Source: Hydrolagus affinis
Lineage: Eukaryota
Assembly: GCA_012026655.1 (NCBI GenBank)
Contig: JAAILG010000201.1
Span: 1-64,000, forward strand
Length of the DNA stretch: 64,000 bases
Reading direction: 5' to 3'
This document shows positions 25,757 to 38,200 of the stretch, piece after piece. A program made the position numbers and the translations under genes. Under the pieces are notes generated by a model. The model was not told the origin of the DNA and did not search any database. It saw only the letters and a program-made list of their open reading frames with translations. Positions within the stretch are counted from its first letter, which is position 1. Each line of letters begins with the position of its first letter.

Positions 25757-25922
25757 TAATTTGGTCACTTCTATCCATGTCTGTTTGTGGGATGCTGTTG
25801 TGCGCAATTGGCTGCAGCGGTTCGCCAACAAATATACAGTCAATTCACTTTACAGTATATTCTGTGACGTGCTTTGAGACATCTAGAAGATGTGCACTGC
25901 AACAAGTATGATTATTATTATT
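25757..25922 (+). mobile_element. tRNA-derived SINE, 3' half
   Basis: Family match, inverted relative to 25336-25500. Confidence 0.75.
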
Positions 25923-25978
25923 TATTTAGTATCAATATCATACAATCTAATTTACTAATTTTCTTACTAGAGATTGCC

Positions 25979-26203
25979 ATGCCTAGTTCCCTCTTGTGGG
26001 CTGTGGATGTACATGGAAGAGTATATACTCTATCTACAGTTGGACAGTATTGGGAGTTGTGCAAAGATGGGAACTTAGAATTTAAGAGATTGGCAGCTGT
26101 CAAACAGTGTTGTTGGGGAATAGCATGTGACCAACAAGTCTACGTCTGTATCCACTCCAATGACGTTCCAATCCGATATCAAGAGGAGACGTATGAAAAT
26201 CAG
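25979..26203 (+). CDS. TECPR1: TECPR1 coding exon 1
   Basis: [10 protein letters not shown]...EETYENQ; acceptor AG at 25969-25970; Kozak GCCATG. Confidence 0.95.
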
Positions 26204-29200
26204 GTATGGAATTTGTTTTGTTTTTCATTTTTCTTCCTGAATCCCCATCCGAAAACATTTAACTCCATTTCCGTTTTATAGAGGACCTTCAGTCCTCATT
26301 CAAGAGAGCATTATTCATGTTGTTAACCTTAGTCAGGATTGGAAGGCTTATTTGATTATGATTATAACAGCTCAATCTGGTGCTGTTCTCATCCAACAAA
26401 CACAAAAATGTTTTCAGGAAAATAGCAATGAAAATCTGGAACCCATGCTAATTATCCCCTTCCTCATTCAGTAGCGCAGTGGTTAGAGCACTCGCCTTAC
26501 AAGCGTGAGACCTGTGTTTGAATCCAGGCAGATCAGGGTGAAACCTTGGGCAAGTTTCCTTACTCCACATGCCTAATAATAATCCATCAAAAAAAAACAC
26601 AATAATAAAAATTGGTCATTTCAATCCATGACTATTTGTGGGACACTGCTGTGTGCAATTGGCTGCCATGTTTCGCCCACAAATATATAGTCAATTAACT
26701 TTACAGTATATTCTGTGAAGCGTTTTGGGACGTCGATAAGATGTGAAAAACGCTATATCAAATGTAATGATTATTCTTATTATCCAGAGGTACTGAGGGC
26801 AATTCTCGCACCAAACTCCAGCTTCAGTTAAGCTCAGGGACCTTATCTCAAGACCGCACTGGATTCAAACCTACTACTTTATGGACTTATATGGTATAAG
26901 TCTCTGACCTCCTCTCTCCCAAAACAGCACTCGTTGCCTTTGCTCCTCCAGTTCTAGTCTCCTCCTTGTCCCCTGAATCTTCCTCTCCACCATCATCGGC
27001 CATGCCTCCAGCCATATGCCACAAAGCTCTGGAACTCTCTTCCTCACTCCCTTCGCCTCGCTTGCTCTCTTCCTAATTTCAGGTCTCGGCTAAAGACCTT
27101 TCTGTTCGACCATGCCTTCGGTCACCTTTTTCCCCCTCCCCCTGCCTCGGGCCCGGTATCCGTCATTGTGAAGCGCTCTGAGACGCTGTCCTGCATTGGG
27201 GAGCGCTATGTTAATCGAAGTTATTATTGTTGCTATTGTTCTATAAATGTTTCAGTAGTAAAATAATATAAATTGTTCTTCACAGTCATGCTAGATTAAA
27301 AGCAATGACAATTTATGCGTCTCAATTTATTTATAAAAACTTCTATGTACAATCTGCTTCAAAACGTATTTGGGTTTGTTTTACACAGCGTTGGAATCCT
27401 GTAGATGGTTACAGTGAACGATTGCTTCCAAGTGACCGCTGGCAATGGAGTAATGTCACAGGGCTGATACATCAACCCATCGCTGAATTCAAGCTCCAAT
27501 CCGACCACTGGAAATGGGAATCTGACTGGTATGTGGATGAAAACATCGGAGGAGAGCCAACAGAAAAAGGGGTAAGAGAGTGTAGTTCCCTTCAGAATAT
27601 CACATATTGGTACACGTTGTTCCATAGAATCATGAGTGTCGGTGTGTGCTTCACTCATTTGATTATCATCAGTCCTATTCTGTGTAAGTTTGGCTTAATG
27701 ATGGTTATCTGTATCAGAACTGCATCAGAAATCCTAAGGCTCATATCTGTGATCTAGGGTTGGACGTATGCTATTGATTTTCCTGCAACTTACACAAAAG
27801 ATAAAAGATGGAATTCTTGTGTGCGTCGCCGACGATGGATCCGATACAGAAAATACAAGTCGTGTGATATGTGGGCTAAGGTATACAGTTCTATTTTGTT
27901 TCAGAATATACTGTAAAATGAATTGACTATACTTTATGGGAAAATTTAACATGAAATGGAACTTTGTTATGTACAATCTTTAAATCCTTTACCATTCAGA
28001 TTCCTTCACGAGAAGATGGGCAACTACCAGATCCCTTTAATGACGTCACAGTTGGAGGATGGGAAATTACTGATGAACCTGCAGGACATCTTTCAGTCTG
28101 GGCTGTTACAGTACAAGGAAATGTACAGTATACATTTCAGTAACTTAATGGGTGTTGTCATTGTTGGAAAGCAGTTGTCAAATTTGTTTTAATTTAGTTT
28201 TCCTTAACAAACAAAGCACTGCCACAATTTGTATTGAACTATGACAATGAAGCACAAATCACAGTTCCTCTTTAAAATGTTTTCTGAATCTGATTTCTTT
28301 TAATCCGACCGAGAAATGAGTAAGAGATCATCTCCATTAGGTCACCATTGTTAAATTCCAAATAGAGCAAATGATTTTATAGAGTAAATAGTTTTGTCAA
28401 ATGAAGCTCCTAGGGATTACTTTATGGAAACATTGCCACATTCCTGATAAATGGGTCCCTTCTTCAAAACTTGGTTCAAGACTCATTTTTGTCTGTGCTT
28501 TCTTCTGTTATTCTAAAGATTGAATTTACTGCAACAACAACCTGCACTTGTATTTCACCATCCACAAGCATGAATTCCATAATTGACAGATTAGTGTATA
28601 TCTCAAAAAACATTCATGTCCTTCATTCTGAAGGTTGTGATGTGTGTTGATTAACACTTCATGTCAGGCCTCTGGTATCTTCACCCAAAGGCTAATTCTT
28701 CACATTTGACTTGAACCATGAGCGTTGACAGCTGACCAAGGGGTATGGAGAATTCCCTGTTAAGCAGGATCCTGTCTTTTCCTTCCCCACACACACCTTT
28801 TCAAGAGAGCTAGTTAAATGATTATATCTCTCTCCTTAAGCTTCTGTATGCTACCCAATCTAGATTGTATAGGACAGAGCAGGGATCCGAATTTTATATG
28901 GTGTCTTCCTATTACTGGCTATTCTGGCAAGGTCTTTAAAATACTAGCATTTGGGACAGAATTGTAGTAACATATGTGTTTAAAAATGTTAAATACAAAC
29001 ATGCCAGTAATTTCTTCAGCCAAAGAATAGGTAGTTGGACCCATTTATTAACTCTTTAAAGTATTTTTTTTCAGGGAAGATAACAGTTAAACAAAATTGA
29101 CAGTACAGTATATAACTTTGTATGTACATTTTTTTCAGATATTTTACAGAGAAAATGTAAATGATCAGAATCCTGAGGGCTCATCATGGACTGAAATTCC

Positions 29201-32200
29201 TGCTCTTGGTGAAGTAATCCAGATCAGCTGTGGTCCTGGTGACCTGATGTGTGCTGTATTATGGGAGGGACAATTGATGGTCCGGGAAGGAATAAGCCGC
29301 GAGAAACCCAAAGGTACGGTCCCTGTTTCAGGGGAGATGTCTGTAAATCGGCCGCGATATATTTGTACTACAGTATTCTCCTCTAATCAGACATGTTAAC
29401 TTACTGTTTACTCCAACTTTCTCCTGAATTTATTTGGTTCCATTCCCCTATAAACCGATCTCTAATAATGGAGATATTTTCACTACATTGTGCTTTCTCT
29501 GGTATTTTGTGTACAGGGAATTCCTGGAAGATCGTTGAACCACCAGACTCTGACAATGGTATTGTCCATGTCTCAGTTGGCATAAATGTACTGTGGGCTA
29601 TCTCACGAGACAGAAGAGTAAGTACTATTTCTTCGTACTTGTGTGCGGAAGTCACATTACACAAGAGATTGAAATTGTCATTCCAATGTTTATAGATAGT
29701 ATGAATTAAAATACCACAATCTCAAATATTTCATATTTCTCAATATGTAACTGATATGCACAGGCAATAAATAATGCAACTTTGAGCCATTTCAACACAT
29801 ACTATTCTTTTCTAACATGCCTCTCCTCAATTCATGAAATGTTTGTAAGAAAATCAAGTTTTGGGGAATAATTAACGGTACTATATTCTGGAGGACAATA
29901 TTATTAGAAGCGAAAACTGGAAAGTAGACTTAATTCAAGATGGATATAGGTTGACTGAAGAACGCTATTTTAACAGGTTTGGTTTCGAAGAGGTGTTTGT
30001 TCAGAGAATCCCGTTGGAGCAGGTTGGATTGGTATGAATATCGAGATGGTGATGCTGAGTGTGGGATTAAATGATCAGGTGAGAATGCTCATTTTACCTG
30101 AGCATTTATCTTTGGTTTATATATAATAATAATGATTTTATTTGATACAGGGCCTCATCACACCGTTGAGATGTCTCCAAGATGTCTCACAGAATATACA
30201 GTAAAATAAATTGATTCTGTATTTGTGGGAGAAAAGCAGCAGCCAATTGTGTCGAACAAATGGTCGTGGATTGATTGACCAAATTATTTTTATTATTGTT
30301 TTGGGCTTTTTGCTGAAAAAGCCTAGTATACTTTGAGTTTCTCTGCTCATTTACAACAATACTCCTGTAAAAGGTGTCAGTTTTGATCGTGCTCCCATCA
30401 CCTTCACTTAACTTCTTTCAGTATTGTGTTTTCTTCACTGAGTTACTATTTCTTTCATTGAAATGTGATTTAGATAAAATTAAATGCATGTTTTGAGTTC
30501 TAGGATCACATCCTATTTCTTTATCTTTCTAATTGAAGGTCTGGGGAATTGGCTATGAAGATCGTACTATCTATTTTCGACAAGGTGTCACTCCTATGGA
30601 GTACGGTGGAAAGACATGGAAACCAATAGTAGTTAATAGAGAAACTGACCGAGCTTCTCACGCAGGCAGTGCCAGCAGTCTTGCAAGGTAACTGTCCTTA
30701 ATAGTGCAACCCTCCATTGCTTTAGACTTTTCTCAAAATTCAGGATGGTTCTTTATAACTTTATTTTAATGATATCAATAATAAGATAAAGAATGTGATT
30801 GAAATATGATTTTTCTACCATAGTTGTATCACATACAGAAATTGCTGCATAAGCTTCAATTCATAGTTTAGCTGAAATCCAGAGGGAATTTGTCCAAACT
30901 TGAAATGCAAAAAGTAACATAACTGTAAGGGAATCCTTCACTTCTTTGGATGTCCTGACATGAAAAGCACTATATTTATGTCAATATCATTAAATTATTT
31001 CCTGGGAATTACTGTAGCATGATATTGATTCAAGATGTATCTTTTTTGCTGTTAAATACAGAAGTCTGATGAACATCTGCTTTCCTCTCCCTTCTTAAAA
31101 ACAAATAAAGAGTGTTTGAATTTAAGCAATCTTGATATCTTAATTTTCTGTGCTAAGAAAAAAACATTCTATTCAATATACTTTCAAAGACTTGGTTGCA
31201 TTTATAGGATAAATTTACAAATAATGAGTTGAATTTACAACCATGCATGTTGATTCAATGTTGTTTTATGTTTGATTATAGTGCTGGCTGTTACTTTGGG
31301 GATGAAGTTAGGGTACCATCTCTAGGATCCACCGACAGTGATGTTGATTTCTCTGCTGAAATGGATAAATTAGCAAAGAAAACTGAAAATGTTCTTGCAT
31401 CTATTGGTGAGAATGTGAGTTGCCCTGGCACTGCATTAGATGGAGGGATCCTTGCTTCTGAATCGACCACACAGAACAAATGTAAAAATGACACTGTGAC
31501 TCATCTGAATGTACTTGAGACAATTTCTACCGGTGAATCTTCACAAAAACAACCACCGTCAGATTTGGAACCAGTTGTTTCTGCTTACGGATTCGAGAGC
31601 TTGAAGGATCCAGATCGTCCTCCAGGGGATAGCAATGAACTACTAGATGTTGTTCATTCCGACTCAAACACAGTAACGTCAGATTTAATTGAAACATCCA
31701 GCATTTCCTCTGCAGGAACCTGTCCTTTTGGAATTGAAGAGCATTACGTGTCCGAGGAACGCCCACTCTGGGCTTGGATCAGTGGAGGGGGTTGTGATGT
31801 AGAATCTCACTCACAGCTGAATTGGTTCACTGTCCATTCAGGTAACAGTCTTCTTCCAGAATGTATTTGTGGTTAATGCCAATGCCCCTGTTAATATCCA
31901 GTTGGGAATAAGTTAAACGAAATGTAGGGACAATATCGCAATTTTTTTTTCTGAAAAAAATCATCAATTAAACAAGCTTTTTTTAACGTAGTGAGTGGTG
32001 TTTGAAAAGATATGCAAATATAAAACAAGATCAGAAGCACTTGCTATCAGCCTGATTCAGAATAAAAATGGTAAAAGAAAGACAGAGGTAGGGAGTGAGA
32101 GATTTAAAGAATAACAATAATAACCCTTGCATTTGATACAGTGCTTTTCATGTCTTCTAGATGTTGCAAAGCACTTCACAGAATATACTGTAAAGTGAAT

Positions 32201-35200
32201 TGATTGTATATTTGTGGGTGAAACTCGGCAACCAATTGCGCACAGCAGGGTCCCATAAATGGTTGTGGATTGAAATAACCAATTTATTACAGTATTTCAG
32301 AGGGATTATTATTAGGGCAATGTGGAGTAACGAAACTTGCCCAAGGTTTTGCCCTGTCTGGATTTGAACACAGGTCTCACACTTGTAGGGCGAATACTCT
32401 ATCCACTGAGCTACAGGACTCCTTCAGATGTATTAATATATACATTAATATTTAAATATTAAAATATAATATTAATATAATAAATTATTATATTACAATA
32501 CTGTATTATTATTAATGCAAATCAATAATGGGAAGTTTAGCATATTTTCCCAAACCAGTTACAGTATGAGTCTCAATCTTTTAGGCAATCATGTTATTGA
32601 AACAAAATAGGGATGTGCCTTGCAGAAATCACAGCACTAACGATCACTGTGCAGCTGTCTGCTAACAGAATCCGGCAAATAAAAATTTAACTAATTATAA
32701 TTCATTTATAAATTAATTTCACTTTATAAATTTATAAATTAATTTCACTTAATCCTTGTATTAGGATCTCAAACATCATTTTCAGATAAGCAAAAGAATA
32801 TTTATCATAAAGCTACTCAATAAACTATGAACATTACATTGAAAACTGAAGTAATGTATTTTATGTAAGCTACTTATTTAATATAGATAATAACGTAAAT
32901 AATAACTTATTTTATGTAAGCTACACAGGAGCACTTTATAATGTTCTCCCTTTATTCACTTGACAGTAAAGAGACATAGACAGTGTTTTGCATTAGCTAC
33001 TTTGATGACTATACAAAGGTAATTGTGTTGTTGTGATATTATGTCATGGAAAAGGCTGGAGAAAAAAGAAGCAGAAAATATAAAAGTAGTAAAAGCAACA
33101 TTCAAAGTATCTCCACTACTATTTTTTATTTTGTTATAATTTTCAGGTCAGCCCCTCTCTATGCAGTCATTCTCAATGCCCTATTCTCCAACCCAGCAGA
33201 CGGTTTGGCGGAAACAGATTGTTCATCAATTAAATGAACGGACCAAACGAGAACTGGAAAATTTCAAGCATTACGAGCAAGCTGTGGAACAGGTAAAGTG
33301 GTTGGAAGTCCATATATGACTCTTGAAATCTTAACAGTTTGCGGTTTCTCTATGTCATATTTTATCAGGAAAGACTGCTCCATTTCTGATTACAATATAA
33401 CTGTGCTTAACTGATGATGGCTCTAAATGTTTGTTCAGCCTGTCCCACATCATCTTGGACTTGAGCAGCAGTGCTTCAAAGCAAAAGGGATGTTGCCTCT
33501 GCCGCCAGATAAGTCATTTTCTGAATTGCAAATATTGCTACAATTACCATTTATCAGGACATGAGCTGAGTGTTCAATCTTACCATATGAGCCAGTGATG
33601 TGTTTGCATTACCAGTCTATGTGGACCTTCATTAATCAGTGGGGCTGGTACTCACAGTTATCATTTGCAGAGTAAGCTGCACATTATTCTCAGGACCAGA
33701 GCATCTTATTCAATTGTATTTACTGTGCATTGTTGTATTGAGGAGATTCTAGTTATTTCTGTGTCATCTTTTTATCCAAAAAAAGCTTCAGTAATTTTGC
33801 GTTTCAAACAACTATCCTGTCTCAAATTCTGTGATTAGATTGAAAATGGGTAGCTAGGCTGGGATGTTGTCCATTTATTTCTACATCCGTAAACGTACAC
33901 TAGTGTGTTGCAGTAACTAACTGTTTTCTTTAAACCATTTATTCTCTCTTTTTCGCCTCCCCCATTATATAGTCTGTGTGGATAAAGAAGGGAAGCTTGC
34001 AGTGGTGGAGAGATGGGAAACCACATAGGTGGATAGATGTTAAGGTTGCACTGGAACAATTTACAGGGAATGATGGTAAACGGGATGGTATCCTATTCAT
34101 TTACTACACATTCAACGATGAAAAGAAGGTGAGTTCTTTTTTCTCTTTTGTTGTAAAGAGAAAACTATGAGTTGTAAACTATTACATACGTTGTTGTCCA
34201 GTCATATCCCAGAGAATGGATTTATTCCTCACCAGCAAGAAAAAGCACGGGAATGCTATTAAGGTAGCATCTCTGCCCCCACACTCTGGCACTACATCCC
34301 GCAATACCTCCGCCTCACCCATTCTCTTGCCTCCTTCAAGTCCCTTCTATGTCCCCTCTTCAATTGTGCCTTCAGCCACCTTCCCACCAGCAGCAATGAG
34401 ATGACCAATTTGTGGTGAGAAATTAGCTGGTAAAGCTGGCATGTGCCTCAAAATAGCTCAATGGTGATCCACCTAGATTATATCAGGCAAACATTTAAAT
34501 GTCTCATTCAAAGGACAGCACCTTGAATAATGCGGTGTTCACTCTGTACAATGCTGAGGTGTCTAGCTAGTGAGTTCTTGGGGCTTGAACCTACATCCTC
34601 TGGCTCAGAGGTAAGGCTGCTACTACCTGAGTCAAACTCATACCTCCATTAATCCAAATAATCTATTTTTAAAAAGTCTTATTTTTGTCTTCTTATCACT
34701 ACAGTACCTGCACTTATTTTTAAATGAGGTTACAATTTTGGTACCGATTGCCGTTGACACCAAGCATTCATTTGCTATTTACACCCCCGAGAGGACAAAA
34801 CAGAGATGGCCAATTAGATTAGCGACCACCACCGAGCAGGAAATGAATGATTGGGTAAGTATCCAAAATTTTCTGGAATCTGTTGAATGAAACATTTTCT
34901 TAAGTTGATTATATAAAAGCTACTATACATTTGTGAAAGCATACTGAGAGCTGAGTTCTATGTAATTGCCAATATACAGTAAAAGCCCGTTTATCCGTGA
35001 CCCGATCAACCGTAACTTCCGTATAACCGGCTCTTCAAAAAAAAAGTCCGCATTCGATTAACCAGAATTTATCTGGAAAAATACTTTTTTTAAAACATTT
35101 AAAAAAATTTTTTTTGTGTTTTCAGCCGAATATCAGGCACACGCTTTAACCGGCATTGGCCAGGTCCCGAGGGTGCCGGATAAATGGGCTTTTACTGTAG

Positions 35201-38200
35201 TTTGGATAAGCAAGTTGAACACCTTTAGTTGATTTCAGGGGTGATGCTTTTTGACAGGGAGCTCTGCACAACACAATTTTTATCAATGTATTACAGCAAC
35301 ATGACTATCATGGGCCAATTATGATTTCATTTGTTAGATTACTTTTCATAAGAACTGAAATGATGAATTTACCTTCTGCTGTAAACTAAGCAATGCAGTT
35401 GTGATTTGACTTATATAACCATTTGGTAGTCAAGTGGTTTGAAAGAAATGCAGAGCTCACTGTCCCGGGATGAAAAGCACTAAGTCTTCAAGTCAAAGTG
35501 CATAAGTCATTGTGACTCCTTATTCTATGTACTCACTGTAGTATTACATTGTTTTAAATTCCGTTTCCCAGCTTGCCATCCTGAATTTAGCATGCTGTGA
35601 CATCCGAGAAATCCATGGTTCCCCATCTAGTCAGGCCATTTGGTCCATCACTTGTAAAGGAGACATCTTTGTTAGTGAACCAACTCCGAGTCTGGAATCA
35701 ACACCACATTCAATGCCATCTGATCAATTGTAAGTTTTTATTCTTAAACACCAGATCAGTTTTTGAAATAAAGATAACATTTATGTGATAAACATAAGAT
35801 AATATTATTTGAAAGGGCAGAAATAATTTGTCAGTATTTATGACAGTTACAAATAGGGAGCAAACCCCCGACACGTTGAGCATTAATCCTGTGTTAACAA
35901 ACCCTCAGCAAAGCCATTCAAAAGGAGAAATCATCTGGACAATAGCTTTGTACCTAATAACCAACCCAGACAAAAATAAATGTGGAGCCATAATCCAATT
36001 TCTTTGCCTCTAGAATGAGTAGTTAAAAACACTAGATTTAAAAATCTCAATGACCAAACTGCAAAAGGCAGTATGGAGTCTAAAATCTGGATATCCTCCA
36101 GCCTACAAGACTTCCCTATTTAATTCTATCCAACAGCTTTGGAGAATATGCGTTCCCTGTGTTCAGAGGGGACCATTCTGCTTTATGTTCCGTGCCCAGC
36201 CCTACCCACCCTATTGGCAGTTGGACTTTCAGCCAATTGGGCCACTCTCTGGAACTCCATCCTGGAGTCCCTTTAACTCTCCCACACCTTTTTCTCACAT
36301 CTATCTCATAACCTTCCACTTTGATCTTTAGTCAACCACTTTCCCATTCTTACCCTTTCAGCTCCAACCCCCAACTCAGATGCCAAAGCAGATACCGGCA
36401 AATGCCTTGGATGTTGTTCTGATTTGAAAGGTGCTATATATGTATACACAGTAAAAGCTCATTTATCCGGCACGCTCCGGGGGGTCGACTAATTGACTCC
36501 CGAATAATCGGACGGCAAGTTACCGAAAACCCAACACAAAAAAATTTACTTATTTTAAAACATACCATATTAATAATACACTAAATAGTAACAGAATATT
36601 GTATGGATACTTACCAATAAAGATTCCAGCACACTCGGTAAAAAGATCGATAAAAACCTCCAAGAACATAAGTTTAATAAGTGCGCAGGCATTGCACGTA
36701 TGTGCAAAGTGAGCATACTCACGATTGCTGGAATGGGGAATTGCCCCGGGAGGGGGTGGAGCAATCCAGTTGATCGGGTCACAGATAAATGGGCTTTTAC
36801 TTTATATATACATCAGTTTGTATTGTAGATGTTTAAACTTATTTCCTTTCTTTAGGTTTTGGCGTCAGATAGGAGGACATCTTCGTTTAGTCGAATGTAA
36901 CAATCAGGGGATAGTGTGGGGTATTGGATACAATCACACGGCCTGGGTTTACACTGGTGGATATGGAGGCGGTTTCTTTCAAGGTTTTCTTCAGCATTAC
37001 CTTTTATGTAATCACTGCACTACACGTTAATCACCCTCTCCATTCCTTTTGCAACATATGCCCCTAGTCTCTGGAACGTCCTCCAAAATCTCTCTGCCTC
37101 ACTCAATCTCTCCCTGTCTTTATCATTTTCAATTTAAAATTTTGTATTTACAAGATAGTTCTATAATCTTCATAGGCTGTATAGCAGCCTATAAATAGAG
37201 TGTTAAGTTAAGAACAACAATCAACAACTTGGATTTATATAGCGTCCTCCATGCAAATGGCATCTCAGAGTGCTTCACAATAACGGATCCCAGGGCTGAG
37301 CCAGTGGGAGGGGGATAAAGGTGACCAAAAGCGCGGTCGAAAAGTCTTTAGGCATAACCTGCAAATAGGAAAGGAGGGGGCAAGGCAAAGGGAGTGAGGA
37401 AGGGAGTTCCAGAGCTTCAGGGCTTAGTGCCTGAAGGCACAGCTGCCAATGGTGGAAAGGAAGATTCCGGGGACAAGGAGGAGGCCAGACCCGGTAAGGT
37501 GAAGGCAACAGGTTTTGTTGTTAGGAGAGAGGAGATCGGAGAGGTAGGGGGTGCAGAGGAGTGGAGGGATTTGAAACCAAGAGTGAGGATATTGAAATCG
37601 ATCCGTTCCGAGACAGGCAGCCAGTGAAGTCTGGCAAGGACTGGGGTAATTAGGAAGCAAAGTTTGGTTCGGGTGAGAATGCCGGCGGTGGAATTTTGAA
37701 TCACCTGGATTTTATATATGGTGGTGGAGGAGGGCATTGGAATAGTCCAGCTGAGAGGTGACAAAGTGCAAGAATGTCCAAAATCAGATTATTTGAAGGG
37801 TGTAAGAAGACATCATTAATTAGATTAATATCAAAGATTAATAAGTAAATGAAAAACATGATTGTTGAGCTTAGTCTCTGACTGTTTCCTCAAGAAGAAC
37901 ATCTCTGTCAATGATCTGTGCATAAATGTATGTGTGGAAATTTCTGAAATCTGTGTTATTTTTGTGACATGAACTGTTTGTTTCTTCAGGCCTGGCTGGT
38001 AGCACTGATAATATTTACACACAGACTGATGTGAAATGTGTCTACATTTATGAAAACCAGCGTTGGAATCCTGTTAGTGGATACAGCAGTAGGTATGAAA
38101 TGTAATTTATATATATATTCACATAGAAGATTCTGTAGTGTGTACTCACACAAGTTTTGAGGAAAGAAAAATATCTGAATATAGTATTAGTTAATGTTGG

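Noticed and set aside
27881-27890. GTATAC donor as a possible U12 intron
   Set aside because: Does not match GTATCCTT.
32432-32925. AT-rich self-complementary tract and short duplications
   Set aside because: Low-complexity slippage products with no further structure.
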